Shown here: piece by piece, positions 8,601 through 18,765 of the stretch
Position numbering within the stretch: the stretch's first letter is position 1
Layout: every line of letters starts with the position of its first letter
Virus record (IMG/VR): IMGVR_UViG_3300023179_000035
Coordinates: 32,001-96,000 of that record
Reading direction: 5' to 3' (one strand)
DNA from: a virus
Length of the DNA stretch: 64,000 nucleotides
Notes under the pieces: generated by a model
What the model saw: only the letters and a program-made list of their open reading frames with translations
What the model was told of the DNA's origin: nothing
Databases searched by the model: none
Made by a program: the position numbers and the translations under genes

Positions 8601-11600
8601 ATGGCCGAGCAGACATTCCGTTCACCTAATTTCTTTGACAGAGAGATAGACCTCTCAGGCAAGGTTCCAACCCCTCCGACCGGGACACCTGCCGGCGTCA
8701 TTGGAACATCCAATAAGGGGCCCGCCTTCGTTCCGGTTACAGTAGGCAACTTTGATGACTTTTCGCTGAAGTTTGGTGGCCTCAACCCAGACCACCCAGC
8801 CGTGTACGCTGTCAACAGGTTCCTAGAGACCAGGCAGTCTCTCACCTTCCTCAAGGTCCTCGGGGCGGGAGCTAACTCCTCGTCAGCAGACTCTGACTAC
8901 ACCAGAACGTACGGCAGGGTCGTCAACGCAGGGTTCACGCTGCCGTCTAGCAACTCAAACGGAGGCGTCTACTTCATATCGACTACCGAGGTCCCGACCG
9001 TCAGCGAGTCGTACGGCTTTCCTATGTTCAATGACAACGACTCCTTCTCTGGCTACGACTCCGTGTCAGGCACACTGGGCTCTGCAGGCATGCAGCTCAT
9101 CAGGGGCATGGTCATGCTGCCTTCGACAGCCAGGCTACTGACGTTTGGGTCGGGCACAAACGTGACTGAGACAGACGTCAACAGCCTCAACAAAGACCAC
9201 ACGTGGCTGGCCGACTCCCCTCTGGATGGTGACGCGGGCCTGGACTACTACTTCAAGCTCGTTATATCCTCTTCAAACTCTGACTTTAAGGCCTACAACA
9301 CGTCAGACGGCATAAAGGGCGTCAAGATATTCAGCGCGTCGCTCAACCCGAGCTCGCCCAACTACATCGGCAAGATACTCAACACTGACTCCAAGAAGTT
9401 CGAGGAGAAGCAGCACTTCCTATACGCTCACTTCCCAATCGACCACCAGGTGTCGTTCCCCGTCTCGGCCTCGCTGCTGTCTGGGACGCAAAACTCTAGC
9501 TTGGTCGACACCAACATCAAGTATAGGGACCTATTTGGTCACTTTGACACCCGCTTCACGACGCCAGCCTCTCCGACGTTCATATCACAGCCCTTCGGCG
9601 ACAAGGAGCACGACCTCTTCCACTTCGAGGCCCTGGACGACGGTGAGTTCGCCAACAAGCTCTACAAGATATCTGTCGCCAACCTCAAGGTGTCAGCTGA
9701 CCCGACGAACCCATACGGAACATTCTCGGTGCAGGTCAGGGACTGGAACGACTCGGACATAACACCTTCCATCCTAGAGCAGTACGATAACTGCGACCTC
9801 AACCCAAGCTCCCCCAACTACGTCGCCAAGCTGATCGGAGACATGCGCAGGTACTTCAACTTTGACGCCTCCACGCTGGCGGAGCGCAGGGTCCTCATAG
9901 ACGGCAACTTTGAGAACGTGTCCAAGCGCGTCAGAGTCGTCATGAACGACGACGTCAAGAACAAGCAGGTCCCGGCCAAGTCGTTGCCCTTCGGCTTCAG
10001 GGGAATGCAGCTCCTCAAGACCGCTGACACCATCAGCGGCATGAGCGGCTCAATCAACGCCGCCGCGACCATCCTGCAGCGTTCTGCCGGGACGGTGTCA
10101 GCCCAGCTACCACCGATACCCTTCAGGGTCAAGCTGACGACGGGCCAGGTTAACATGTCGGGCAGCCTATTTGACACCAGCAAGTACGAGGTCCTGAAGC
10201 CTAGCCTGTACTGGGGTGTCAAGTTCGAGCGCAACACAGACATCCTGAAGGTCAACGAGGTGGTAGAGCGCAACGAGCTGCTCGACAGCTACACCAAGTT
10301 CCTTGGAATACCTGGGCTGATGACCCTGACTGACCAGGACACGGCGGACTCCCTCAACAACAACAAGTTCAGCCTGTCGAGGGTCACCTTCAACGTCACC
10401 AGCCTGGACAACATGACGCAGTCGGCCGAGTTGCACATGCTGAACACAGCCTACATCAGGAACGGCGTTCCTGACCCGAACAGCTACATGATGGTCGACA
10501 CGACGAACAATATCAGCACCCCACACGTCACCCTAGCCTCTCTTGTCAACGCCACAGACAACAGCTACACTAACGGTGTCGTCGCTGCGTCTAACTTCAA
10601 CAGGTTCGCGCAGTACACGAAGTTCACCACGTTCATGTACGGAGGCTTCGACGGCACCAACATCCTCGACAACGACTCGAGGCTCCTCAACGAGAAGTCG
10701 CTGTCTTTCGTTGAGGTCTCCTCTGACGGGTCGGCGGGCGGTGCTTCAAGCATGTATGAGATGCCGGGCTTCCCAGGCTACAACCCGTCAGGAGTCCACG
10801 GCAAGAACGCTTCAGTGATGTCCTACAAGACTGCCGCTGACATCATGACTGACCCATACGCGGTGGCCACCAACATCCTGACGATACCTGGCATCAAGGA
10901 GTCGTTCGTCACAGACTACGCGGCCGAAAAGGTCCGTAGCTACGGCCTGGCCCTCTACGTCATGGACATCACGTCCTACGACGACGACAACAAGGCGATA
11001 TTCGACGGCACCAGGGCCAAGCCAAACATCGAGAACACTGCGGCCCAGTTCGAGCAGCGCAACATGGACAACGACTACGTGGCGACGTACTTCCCCGACG
11101 TGTTCTTGGATGACGCCACCAACCGCCGCCGCGTCAAAGTCCCAGCGTCAGTCGCGGCCCTTAGCGCCCTCGGCTTCAACGACAAGGATACGTTCCCGTG
11201 GTTCGCCCCGGCCGGCTTCAACAGGGCGTCCCTTGACTTCGTCACCAACGTTCAGGTGCGCCTCAACGTCACCGACAGGGACAGGCTGTACGACGCTAAG
11301 ATCAATCCAATCGCGACCTTCCCACGCCAGGGCTTCGTCATCTACGGCCAGAAGACGGTCAAGGCCAAGAAGTCTGCCCTGGACCGCGTCAACGTCCGCC
11401 GGCTGCTCCTCGAGGTCAAGAGGATAATCGGCAACATAGCCACCAACCTGATATTCGAGCAGAACACGCCGGCCCTTCGCAATAAGTTTGTGGCAGACGC
11501 CACCGTCCAGCTGGGCCTCATCCAGGCGCAGGCGGGCATCGAGGCGTCGCAGGTCATCATGAACGAGTCGAACAACACCCAGGACGACGTCGACAACAAC

Positions 11601-11696
11601 AGGCTCAACGGGCGCGTCGTCATAGTGCCGACCCGGTCGATCGAGTTCATCGCCATAGACTTCATAGTCACAAACAGCGGCGTTCAGTTCGTGTGA
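8601..11696 (+). CDS. Contractile tail sheath protein 1
   Basis: N-terminal SP...REIDLS...GVIGT..KGPAFVP. C-terminal PWFAPAGFNR, INPI, GQKT, SALDRVNVRRLL and PTRSIEFIAIDF. Confidence 0.93.
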   Translation: MAEQTFRSPNFFDREIDLSGKVPTPPTGTPAGVIGTSNKGPAFVPVTVGNFDDFSLKFGGLNPDHPAVYAVNRFLETRQSLTFLKVLGAGANSSSADSDYTRTYGRVVNAGFTLPSSNSNGGVYFISTTEVPTVSESYGFPMFNDNDSFSGYDSVSGTLGSAGMQLIRGMVMLPSTARLLTFGSGTNVTETDVNSLNKDHTWLADSPLDGDAGLDYYFKLVISSSNSDFKAYNTSDGIKGVKIFSASLNPSSPNYIGKILNTDSKKFEEKQHFLYAHFPIDHQVSFPVSASLLSGTQNSSLVDTNIKYRDLFGHFDTRFTTPASPTFISQPFGDKEHDLFHFEALDDGEFANKLYKISVANLKVSADPTNPYGTFSVQVRDWNDSDITPSILEQYDNCDLNPSSPNYVAKLIGDMRRYFNFDASTLAERRVLIDGNFENVSKRVRVVMNDDVKNKQVPAKSLPFGFRGMQLLKTADTISGMSGSINAAATILQRSAGTVSAQLPPIPFRVKLTTGQVNMSGSLFDTSKYEVLKPSLYWGVKFERNTDILKVNEVVERNELLDSYTKFLGIPGLMTLTDQDTADSLNNNKFSLSRVTFNVTSLDNMTQSAELHMLNTAYIRNGVPDPNSYMMVDTTNNISTPHVTLASLVNATDNSYTNGVVAASNFNRFAQYTKFTTFMYGGFDGTNILDNDSRLLNEKSLSFVEVSSDGSAGGASSMYEMPGFPGYNPSGVHGKNASVMSYKTAADIMTDPYAVATNILTIPGIKESFVTDYAAEKVRSYGLALYVMDITSYDDDNKAIFDGTRAKPNIENTAAQFEQRNMDNDYVATYFPDVFLDDATNRRRVKVPASVAALSALGFNDKDTFPWFAPAGFNRASLDFVTNVQVRLNVTDRDRLYDAKINPIATFPRQGFVIYGQKTVKAKKSALDRVNVRRLLLEVKRIIGNIATNLIFEQNTPALRNKFVADATVQLGLIQAQAGIEASQVIMNESNNTQDDVDNNRLNGRVVIVPTRSIEFIAIDFIVTNSGVQFV

Positions 11697-11745
11697 AGTT
11701 GGCCGTCGTAATAGTTATGAAGCAATCAGCTAGGAGCCACACCAG

Positions 11746-14700
11746 ATGAGCAGCACTTACAGAGTTAGCCCAGGCGTCACCTCACGTGAGATAGACCTAA
11801 CAGGACCGACTACGACTGGGCCGAGGGGGGTGCCTGCAGGAGTCATAGGCACATCACAGATGGGACCTGCCTTCGTCCCGATCACCGTGGCCAACATCTC
11901 AGAGCTAGAGAACAGGTTCGGTGCCTTTGACAGGACAGAGTTTGGAATCCTGGCCGCCCGTGAGTGGCTGTCCAACGCTCAGGCCCTGACATACCTCAGG
12001 GTGCTGGGCGTTGGGACGGGCGAGATGAGCATGGTCAACGACAACGACTCCCCTGGGTCGGGAGCCGGCAGGGTAAAGTACGCTGGCTTCGTAGTCGGTA
12101 ACAAGCTTCCCGGAGCCGCCCTTGGCGGCACCTCGTGGGGTGACCTGGTCGGTAATCCATACGCTTCAGGTAGCGGCCCTGGCGGCAGGACCTACTTCTT
12201 AGGAGCTTTCATGGGGGCAGACGTCAACGTCGCCTCGGTGGGAGACCAGCTCTTTACAAGCGGCGTCCTCGCTGGCACAGCACCGCAGCCTTTCATCGTA
12301 GGAGTCCTGATGGCTCCAAGCGGGGTCGTCCTGACTCTGTCGTCGACGTACGGCGGTGGAAACTCTGACGTCGCCTCGTCTAACGCTTACCTGCCTAGCG
12401 GGTCAAGTGTTGGAGACGTGGTCCTCAAGAGCCCAGCCTCGACGATGTCTGGGATGAGCCAGTTCGTCATGCTGCTCAACGGGCACGCTACAGGAACGAC
12501 TGCCATAACAGCCTCGTTGTCCAGGAACAGCAACTCCTACTTCGGCTCCACCTTCAACACAGTTCCTACGAAGATGCAGGAGGCCGGTCACTACCTCTAC
12601 GCTGCCTGGGACTACCCAGGCCTGTCTGTGACAGGGTCCAGCCTGATGTCAGGGTCTGTCACCAGCTCTTACTCTAATCCAAAGTACGTTGAGCCTATCG
12701 TCTTCCTGCTGACTGGCTCCAACGACCAGAACCACGTCAGCGCCACGTCACCTAACTACGAGAACTTTGAGACACGCTTCGGCCACGCAGTCACTCCGAT
12801 GGTAGTGTCGCAGCGCATCGGCGGCAAGCCCACTGACCTCTTCCGCCTCCACGCCCTGTCAGACGGCGCCGGCGTCGCGAAGAATTACAAGTTCTCTATC
12901 GAGAATATAACGCCCTCCCCCGACCCTGCCTACCTATACGGCACGTTTGACCTCCTCGTCAGGTCGTGGAATGACACTGACTTTGAGAAGACGGTCTACG
13001 AGAAGTACACGGGCCTGTCGCTCGACCCAACAAACGACAGGTATATCGCCAAGGCGATCGGCGACGTCAACACCTACTACGACTTTGAGCGCGACACAAA
13101 CTCCCAGAAGCTCGTCGTCGAGGGGGACTACAACAACAACTCTAGCATCGTGAGGGTAGAGGTAAGCGACGATGTGTCCCTGGGGCTCGCCGCCGCAGAG
13201 TGCTTGCCGATGGGGTTCAGGGGACTCCCACACCTCGTCACTTCGGGCTCTGCCCTCAAGGTCGACGGCCTAGACCTAGCCGTGACAGGCTCTGGTGTCT
13301 CATCCTTCAGCAGCCTACTGAAGTCTGCCCGGCAGGCTCCGGTTCCGTACGTCCTGTCAATATACAAGGGCCTCAGCACGAAACGCACAGCAGACCCCAA
13401 CAGGTACTGGGGCGTCGCATTCGACCTACCAGTGCTAACAAACGACACAGGCGTCCAGCTGGGGCGCCACAAGAACCAGTTCGTGTCTGACTTCACCAAG
13501 TTCTTCCCACAGTTCATCGTGGGCAATCCCAACTTTGTCGTCGGCGACAATGCTGGTGTGGCTGACGACGTCAACTTCGGGGTGGTGGACGCCGACAGGT
13601 TCAACAACAACCTCTTCACGCTGGAGAACATCGCAGTCGTCACATCGTCCAAGACGCCGCACATGGCCGATCCAAACGCCTGGCAGAACGCTGAGTATAT
13701 GCGCAACGGCATCAAGCCTGCTGACGACCGCAGGATGCTAACCGTCTCTGACCTGACGACAGACAACAAGGGCTACGCCAAGTTCACCTTCGTGATGCAG
13801 GGCGGCTTCGACGGCGTCAACCTGTTCGACGAGCACTCGGCGGCCATCGACGGCGTAGCGGTGGAGTGCGACATGAGGCAGCCCCTACGGCACGACGTCA
13901 ACGGCGCCAACGTCAAGGCCTACACCAAGGCCCTGGACGTCATGAAGAACGTGACCAACGTCGACATACAGCTCCTCGCCATGCCAGGCATCAGGAACAC
14001 ATACGTGACTGACAGGGCCCTGGCCGCCGTCGAGTCCCGGTTCGACGCCATGTACCTGATGGACGTGGAGGCCTACGACCAGGGCGACAACCTCCTGCTA
14101 CCTGGCACGGAGAACTTCATGGACAACGGGCTGCCGGTGGAGAAGGTCGACGTCAGCTACACTGCGCAGAACTTCGCAGACCGCGGCATCAACTCCTCCT
14201 TCGGCGCTGCGTACTTCCCAGACCTCAGGTACGTCCACCCCAGCACTGCCGCTGAGGTCCAGGTACCACCGACTGTGGCTGTCCTCGGGGCCCTGTCCCT
14301 CAACGACAAACTGGGACACCCGTGGTTCGCTCCTGCCGGATACACCCGCGGGGTGCTGCCCAACGTGACAGACCCGACTGTTCCCCTGACAGACGCTGAC
14401 ATGGACAGGCTGTACGACAGGGACGTCAACATGGTCATCAAGAAGGCAGCCCCGGCCGGCACGGTGGTCTGGGGCCAAAAGACGCTGTTGAAGGCCGCCT
14501 CGGCCCTGGACCGCGTCAACGTCCGCCGCCTCTTGATAGAGGTACGACGCCAGGTCAGGGACATCGCCCAGACCATCCTCTTCGAGCCCAACAGGGCCGC
14601 CACCCTGGCCCGTTTCTCTGCTGCCATCACCCCGAGGCTGCAGACCATCCAGCAGCAGGCCGGCCTCGACAGGTTCAAGGTCATCATCGACTCCTCCACA

Positions 14701-14817
14701 ACGACGCAGGCCGACATCGAGAATAACACGGTCCGCGGCAAGATATACCTGCAGCCAACGAAGAGCGTCGAATTCGTGTCCTTGGACTTCGTTGTAACAA
14801 ACAACATCCAGCAGTGA
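11746..14817 (+). CDS. Contractile tail sheath protein 2 (paralogue)
   Basis: SPGVTSREIDL, GPAFVP, PWFAPAGYTRG, WGQKTL, SALDRVNVRRLL and PTKSVEFVSLDF. Confidence 0.93.
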   Translation: MSSTYRVSPGVTSREIDLTGPTTTGPRGVPAGVIGTSQMGPAFVPITVANISELENRFGAFDRTEFGILAAREWLSNAQALTYLRVLGVGTGEMSMVNDNDSPGSGAGRVKYAGFVVGNKLPGAALGGTSWGDLVGNPYASGSGPGGRTYFLGAFMGADVNVASVGDQLFTSGVLAGTAPQPFIVGVLMAPSGVVLTLSSTYGGGNSDVASSNAYLPSGSSVGDVVLKSPASTMSGMSQFVMLLNGHATGTTAITASLSRNSNSYFGSTFNTVPTKMQEAGHYLYAAWDYPGLSVTGSSLMSGSVTSSYSNPKYVEPIVFLLTGSNDQNHVSATSPNYENFETRFGHAVTPMVVSQRIGGKPTDLFRLHALSDGAGVAKNYKFSIENITPSPDPAYLYGTFDLLVRSWNDTDFEKTVYEKYTGLSLDPTNDRYIAKAIGDVNTYYDFERDTNSQKLVVEGDYNNNSSIVRVEVSDDVSLGLAAAECLPMGFRGLPHLVTSGSALKVDGLDLAVTGSGVSSFSSLLKSARQAPVPYVLSIYKGLSTKRTADPNRYWGVAFDLPVLTNDTGVQLGRHKNQFVSDFTKFFPQFIVGNPNFVVGDNAGVADDVNFGVVDADRFNNNLFTLENIAVVTSSKTPHMADPNAWQNAEYMRNGIKPADDRRMLTVSDLTTDNKGYAKFTFVMQGGFDGVNLFDEHSAAIDGVAVECDMRQPLRHDVNGANVKAYTKALDVMKNVTNVDIQLLAMPGIRNTYVTDRALAAVESRFDAMYLMDVEAYDQGDNLLLPGTENFMDNGLPVEKVDVSYTAQNFADRGINSSFGAAYFPDLRYVHPSTAAEVQVPPTVAVLGALSLNDKLGHPWFAPAGYTRGVLPNVTDPTVPLTDADMDRLYDRDVNMVIKKAAPAGTVVWGQKTLLKAASALDRVNVRRLLIEVRRQVRDIAQTILFEPNRAATLARFSAAITPRLQTIQQQAGLDRFKVIIDSSTTTQADIENNTVRGKIYLQPTKSVEFVSLDFVVTNNIQQ

Positions 14818-14838
14818 TAGACAAGGAATAGAAAGAGC

Positions 14839-15168
14839 ATGACAATGAAACTCACAGCCAACCAGCTCCGCCAGATCATCAAGGAGGAAGTCGATGCTAT
14901 GATGCCTGCCGCTGGAGGCAAAGACCCACAGCGCTTCCTCCACGGCTACGAGTCCGGTCACCCGATGGACGACGAGGGCTACATGGCCAAGTCCCGGATG
15001 GTGGATATCAAGGAGATGGCTGGGACGATCTGTGGCCTGGTGGAGGAGGGCGACCAGCTCCCAGCATGGGTGCAAGACCTGATCGCCAAGGCCCATGAGA
15101 ACCTTGAGCACGTCAAGGACTACATGGCCGGGGACGAGGCCCTGCGTGATGCCGGGGAGACAGACTGA
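14839..15168 (+). CDS. Hypothetical protein with MKLTANQLRQIIKEE leader (candidate internal head protein)
   Basis: 109 aa with EGYMAKS and LPAWVQDLI motifs; AAGGA RBS upstream. Confidence 0.7.
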   Translation: MTMKLTANQLRQIIKEEVDAMMPAAGGKDPQRFLHGYESGHPMDDEGYMAKSRMVDIKEMAGTICGLVEEGDQLPAWVQDLIAKAHENLEHVKDYMAGDEALRDAGETD

Positions 15169-15203
15169 CGCTGGCTGTGGCTCCGCCCTTCCTGTGAGAT
15201 AGG

Positions 15204-15240
15204 TCCTGGTGGTCCACGAGGCCACCAGGATTTTTCTTTT
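15204..15240 (+). terminator. Intrinsic terminator
   Basis: tcctggtggtc-cacga-ggccaccagga hairpin followed by tttttctttt. Confidence 0.75.
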
Positions 15241-15315
15241 CCTCTGGACGGTAGAAACCCACGCCTACTGTGGGAGGATTATCCTGGTGTCATCTAGATA
15301 CTTAAGCGACAGCCG

Positions 15316-16244
15316 ATGATACGACCTGACACATTCCTCCGCCGCGTCATTCGTGAAGAGGCCAAGAGGGTCCTACACCCCAGCCATTTCGTGTGGGGCT
15401 CGTCCAGATGGGCTGCGGGACTGACCCCGCCCAGAACCTGGAGAGGGCTGTCGAGCTGACGCGTGAGGCAGCCCGGCTAGGCGCCAACGTCGTGTGTCAC
15501 CAGGAGCTGTTCCTGACGCAGTACTTCTGTCGCGTCCAGGACCCCCGTTCCTTTGGCCTGGCCGAGAGCGTTCCAGGCCCCACGACGGGTGCCATGAGTC
15601 GCCTCGCCAGGGAGCTGGGCGTCGTCATCGTGGTCCCTCTCTTCGAGAGGGCCGGCGCCCGCTTCTACGACACGGCTGTCATCATTGACGCTGACGGCTC
15701 CCTGGCGGGCAAGTACCGCAAGACGCACCTGCCGGAGGAGCCGCTGTACCACGAGAAGTTCTACTTCTCCCCTGGAGACCTTGGGTTTAGGGCCCACGAC
15801 ACACGGTTCGGTCGTATCGGCGTGCTCGTCTGTTGGGACCAGTGGTTCCCAGAGGCGGCCCGCCTGACTGCCCTGGACGGGGCAGACGTGCTGCTGTACC
15901 CCACAGCTATCGGGTGGAGCTCTGCTGACAGGGACCAGTACGGGGAGGCTGACCTGTCTGCCTGGGAGACAGTGCAGCGGGGCCACGCCATCTCTAACGG
16001 CGTCTATGTCGTGGCCGCCAACCGGACAGGGAGAGAGGGTCCACCAGGGCAAGACATCCAATTCTGGGGCTCGTCTTTCGCTGTCGACCCACACGGGCGG
16101 GTGGTGGCCAGGGCCTCCAGGGACGGCCAGGGGGTTTTAGTCGTTGACATCGACCCCTGGGAGGTCGCTGAGGCCCAACGACAGTGGCCCTTCTTTCGGG
16201 ACAGGCGGGTGGACGCCTACGGCGGGCTGGTTGGCGGCAGGTGA
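15316..16244 (+). CDS. aguB: Carbon-nitrogen hydrolase, N-carbamoylputrescine amidase-like; its leader (ATG 15316) is in a different frame
   Basis: Nitrilase E-K-C triad: HQELF, YRKTHLP, VCWDQWFPEAAR, plus EKFYFSPGD and YPTAIGW. The catalytic frame runs 15357-16244 with no ATG before the conserved FRVGLVQM strand. Confidence 0.8.
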
Positions 16245-18119
16245 CACGTTGAGGCGGTAGACCAGGTTGGAGCACCCCCAGATCTTGACGACGCCAGCCT
16301 CGTCTGCCACCTGGGCCTCCGTCATGCCGCGGGAGGGGTCAGCCTTGAACTTGAAGCGATCGAACCGCTTGTGATAGTCTGTCCACCAATAACGTGGACT
16401 AGTCTTTTTTTCCAAGATGAATCCTGACAGGACGTACCCGTTACCATCGCCTCCGAGTCGGGTGTCAACGTAAGATATGACGCTTGAAACGCCAGTTACC
16501 CTCGCCTCTTGAACAACTTTTTTGACCAACCTGCTCATTCCACCTGGGACCACTAGGTTAACCCTAGAGCAAAAGCGGGCTATCTCCAATGATTCGCTGT
16601 ACTTTTTGTGGAACGGTCGCCGTGCTGAGATTGCGGCCACCAGCTCTCCGTCTTTCGTCCTAAGACCGAAAGAAAAAGAGGCATTGACATCGCCATCGAG
16701 GTGGTTGAGCTCAAAAAATTCGCGACGTTCCTCTGGGCTGAGGCCGACGACGTCGCAGTCTCGAGCGTTGACCCTATCGTTGATCATCTGCAGCTTTGAT
16801 AGGATCGTCGACTTTACGACCTCCCGCTTGTCGTACCACTCGTCTTCGAAGATATGGACGAGAGACACCCCGTGCTTTTCACAAGATAAAGACTTTTGCT
16901 GGTGGTACCTAGCGTCTTTGCCTGGTTGTGTTTCACCGTGCCAGAATAGTCCATTAAACTCTATGGCAACCATCTTCTCCGGAACGAAGATGTCTAACTG
17001 CTTCTTACCGTCCAGGATTCCGACAACGTTCCGGCCAACGTAAAGGCCAAGCGACTGAAGCCAGTCAGCGATCTCATTCTGGCCACGCGACCCTATGGGA
17101 GTACACTTGGGGCACCTGTCTGCTCGCGCGCGGTCAAATGTGACTGCATCAGACCACCCACAAGACTTGCACCTGACGAGGATAGACGAGACGTAGACAT
17201 TTTTATAGCTTTCTATCTCGACGAGCTCTACTGCTTGGTTGCCTGACAACTTTTCTCTAACCACATCTTCTGACCAGTGGACGTGCTGGTACTCCTTCAT
17301 GGCGTCACGATTAGCCCAAAACTTGTCGATGCGTGGGTCTTCGGCTGCAGTTTTTCCAGCGTGCCACGCCTTGACACGTCCGGACTCATATGCTTGCCGG
17401 AGGGATTCATTCTTCTGCTTGACGCGATCGTCGACCTCTTCAGACAGGCCCTTGTGCCACTGCGACCTTATGCCGTTTGCAAAGTCTTCCTTCAAGCGCT
17501 GGGAAAACGCCAGTAGCCTTTCGTCGGTCTCTTTGGTTAGGCCCTTCGACCAGGCCTTTAGCTCGCCTTCATCAAAGGCCTTCTTCCTTCCTACGCTAGT
17601 TGCGGCAGCGCGGGCTGCCACCCGTTCGTCAGTTTCTTTGGTCAACCCCTTTGACCACCCTGTAGTTCCCCTCAGGGCGGCAGACCGCTTTGCGGCTATC
17701 TCCAACGCCTTCTCTTCTTCGTAGACTGAGTAGATGCTCGCGTTGTGACCGCATAGGACAGACGAGTACCCCTTTGCCCATCCAACCCACGTAGTCTGCC
17801 TTCCGCACCCACACTTGCAAAGTGCTGGACTAGCGTCCTTTAGTCGCAGCCACAGCTCCTCTGGAGAAACGCCGTGTCTCGCAGCGTGCTCTTCGACGCC
17901 TTCCTTAGAGGTCCTAAACTCTTCAGTGCACAGAGAACATTTTTCTGTCCCGGCGTTCTTCTTCCCATTATTGGACCGCGAGCACTTAACACAAGGAGAA
18001 CCCGCCTTCTCGGCCGCTCTACACTTTGCCTTGGACTTATGCTCGACGGTCGAGCCGCACTGGGGGCAGTGTCTTGACCATAAGGTCTCTTTTTCTTTAG
18101 CTTCCATCTTTTCTAGCAT
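16137..18119 (-). CDS. Free-standing Hef/Vsr-like putative homing endonuclease
   Basis: Zn-finger motifs (CPQCG, CKCGCG), repeated WxKGLTKETDER modules, nuclease motifs LDIFVP...IEFNGLFWH...HIFEDEW. Visibly more AT-rich than the flanks. Confidence 0.75.
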   Translation of the reverse strand: MLEKMEAKEKETLWSRHCPQCGSTVEHKSKAKCRAAEKAGSPCVKCSRSNNGKKNAGTEKCSLCTEEFRTSKEGVEEHAARHGVSPEELWLRLKDASPALCKCGCGRQTTWVGWAKGYSSVLCGHNASIYSVYEEEKALEIAAKRSAALRGTTGWSKGLTKETDERVAARAAATSVGRKKAFDEGELKAWSKGLTKETDERLLAFSQRLKEDFANGIRSQWHKGLSEEVDDRVKQKNESLRQAYESGRVKAWHAGKTAAEDPRIDKFWANRDAMKEYQHVHWSEDVVREKLSGNQAVELVEIESYKNVYVSSILVRCKSCGWSDAVTFDRARADRCPKCTPIGSRGQNEIADWLQSLGLYVGRNVVGILDGKKQLDIFVPEKMVAIEFNGLFWHGETQPGKDARYHQQKSLSCEKHGVSLVHIFEDEWYDKREVVKSTILSKLQMINDRVNARDCDVVGLSPEERREFFELNHLDGDVNASFSFGLRTKDGELVAAISARRPFHKKYSESLEIARFCSRVNLVVPGGMSRLVKKVVQEARVTGVSSVISYVDTRLGGDGNGYVLSGFILEKKTSPRYWWTDYHKRFDRFKFKADPSRGMTEAQVADEAGVVKIWGCSNLVYRLNVSPAANQPAVGVHPPVPKEGPLSLGLSDLPGVDVND

Positions 18120-18219
18120 TGTACTTCATTTAATTAAGCTTTTGCATACGAAAAAAGTCGTATATGAACGTGCAGCTATACGTAACTTTGGCACTTAAAG
18201 TGCGAAGAGGAGACACACC

Positions 18220-18708
18220 ATGGCCGAGACACTCGACGTTTCATCAATGATTCCGAATAAGTTCGAACCAAAGCGCAAAAATAGATGGGTATTAATGATA
18301 GAAGGCATTGACGCCTACATCGTCAAGAGCGCCTCGCGCCCCACCTTCACCACGGACGAGGTTGAGATACCGTTCATCAACTCCCGCCGCTACGTGGCCG
18401 GCATGACCAAGTTTGAGACCATCTCGGTCAACCTCCACGACCCCATCGCTCCCTCGGGCGCCCAGCAGGTCATGGAGTGGATCCGTCTCCACTTCGAGTC
18501 GGTGTCGGGCCGCGCTGGCTACGCTGACTTCTACAAGAGGGACATCCAGCTTAAGATGCTTGATCCTGTCGGTACAGTGATAGAACTTTGGGACATCAAA
18601 GGCGCTTTCATTACATCGGCCAACTTCGGTGAGCTCGCGTATGATGGCGCAGATCCACAGGAGATCCAGCTCACGATTAGGTTCGACAACTGCGTGCTGC
18701 AGTTCTGA
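18220..18708 (+). CDS. Tail tube protein (T4 gp19-like)
   Basis: FEPKRKNRW, DPIAPSGAQQVMEW, YKRDIQL, VIELWDIKGAF and LTIRFD motifs; GAGGAG RBS. Confidence 0.9.
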   Translation: MAETLDVSSMIPNKFEPKRKNRWVLMIEGIDAYIVKSASRPTFTTDEVEIPFINSRRYVAGMTKFETISVNLHDPIAPSGAQQVMEWIRLHFESVSGRAGYADFYKRDIQLKMLDPVGTVIELWDIKGAFITSANFGELAYDGADPQEIQLTIRFDNCVLQF

Positions 18709-18765
18709 TTCGATAAAAATACCTACTGGGTTGCACAACTTCGAAGGCTGTGGTACATTTATGCC

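Noticed and set aside
6616-15225. Long antisense ORFs (e.g. 6616-7389, 14098-15225, 14157-14921)
   Set aside because: Shadow ORFs expected from high GC3 opposite well-supported structural genes; no motifs.
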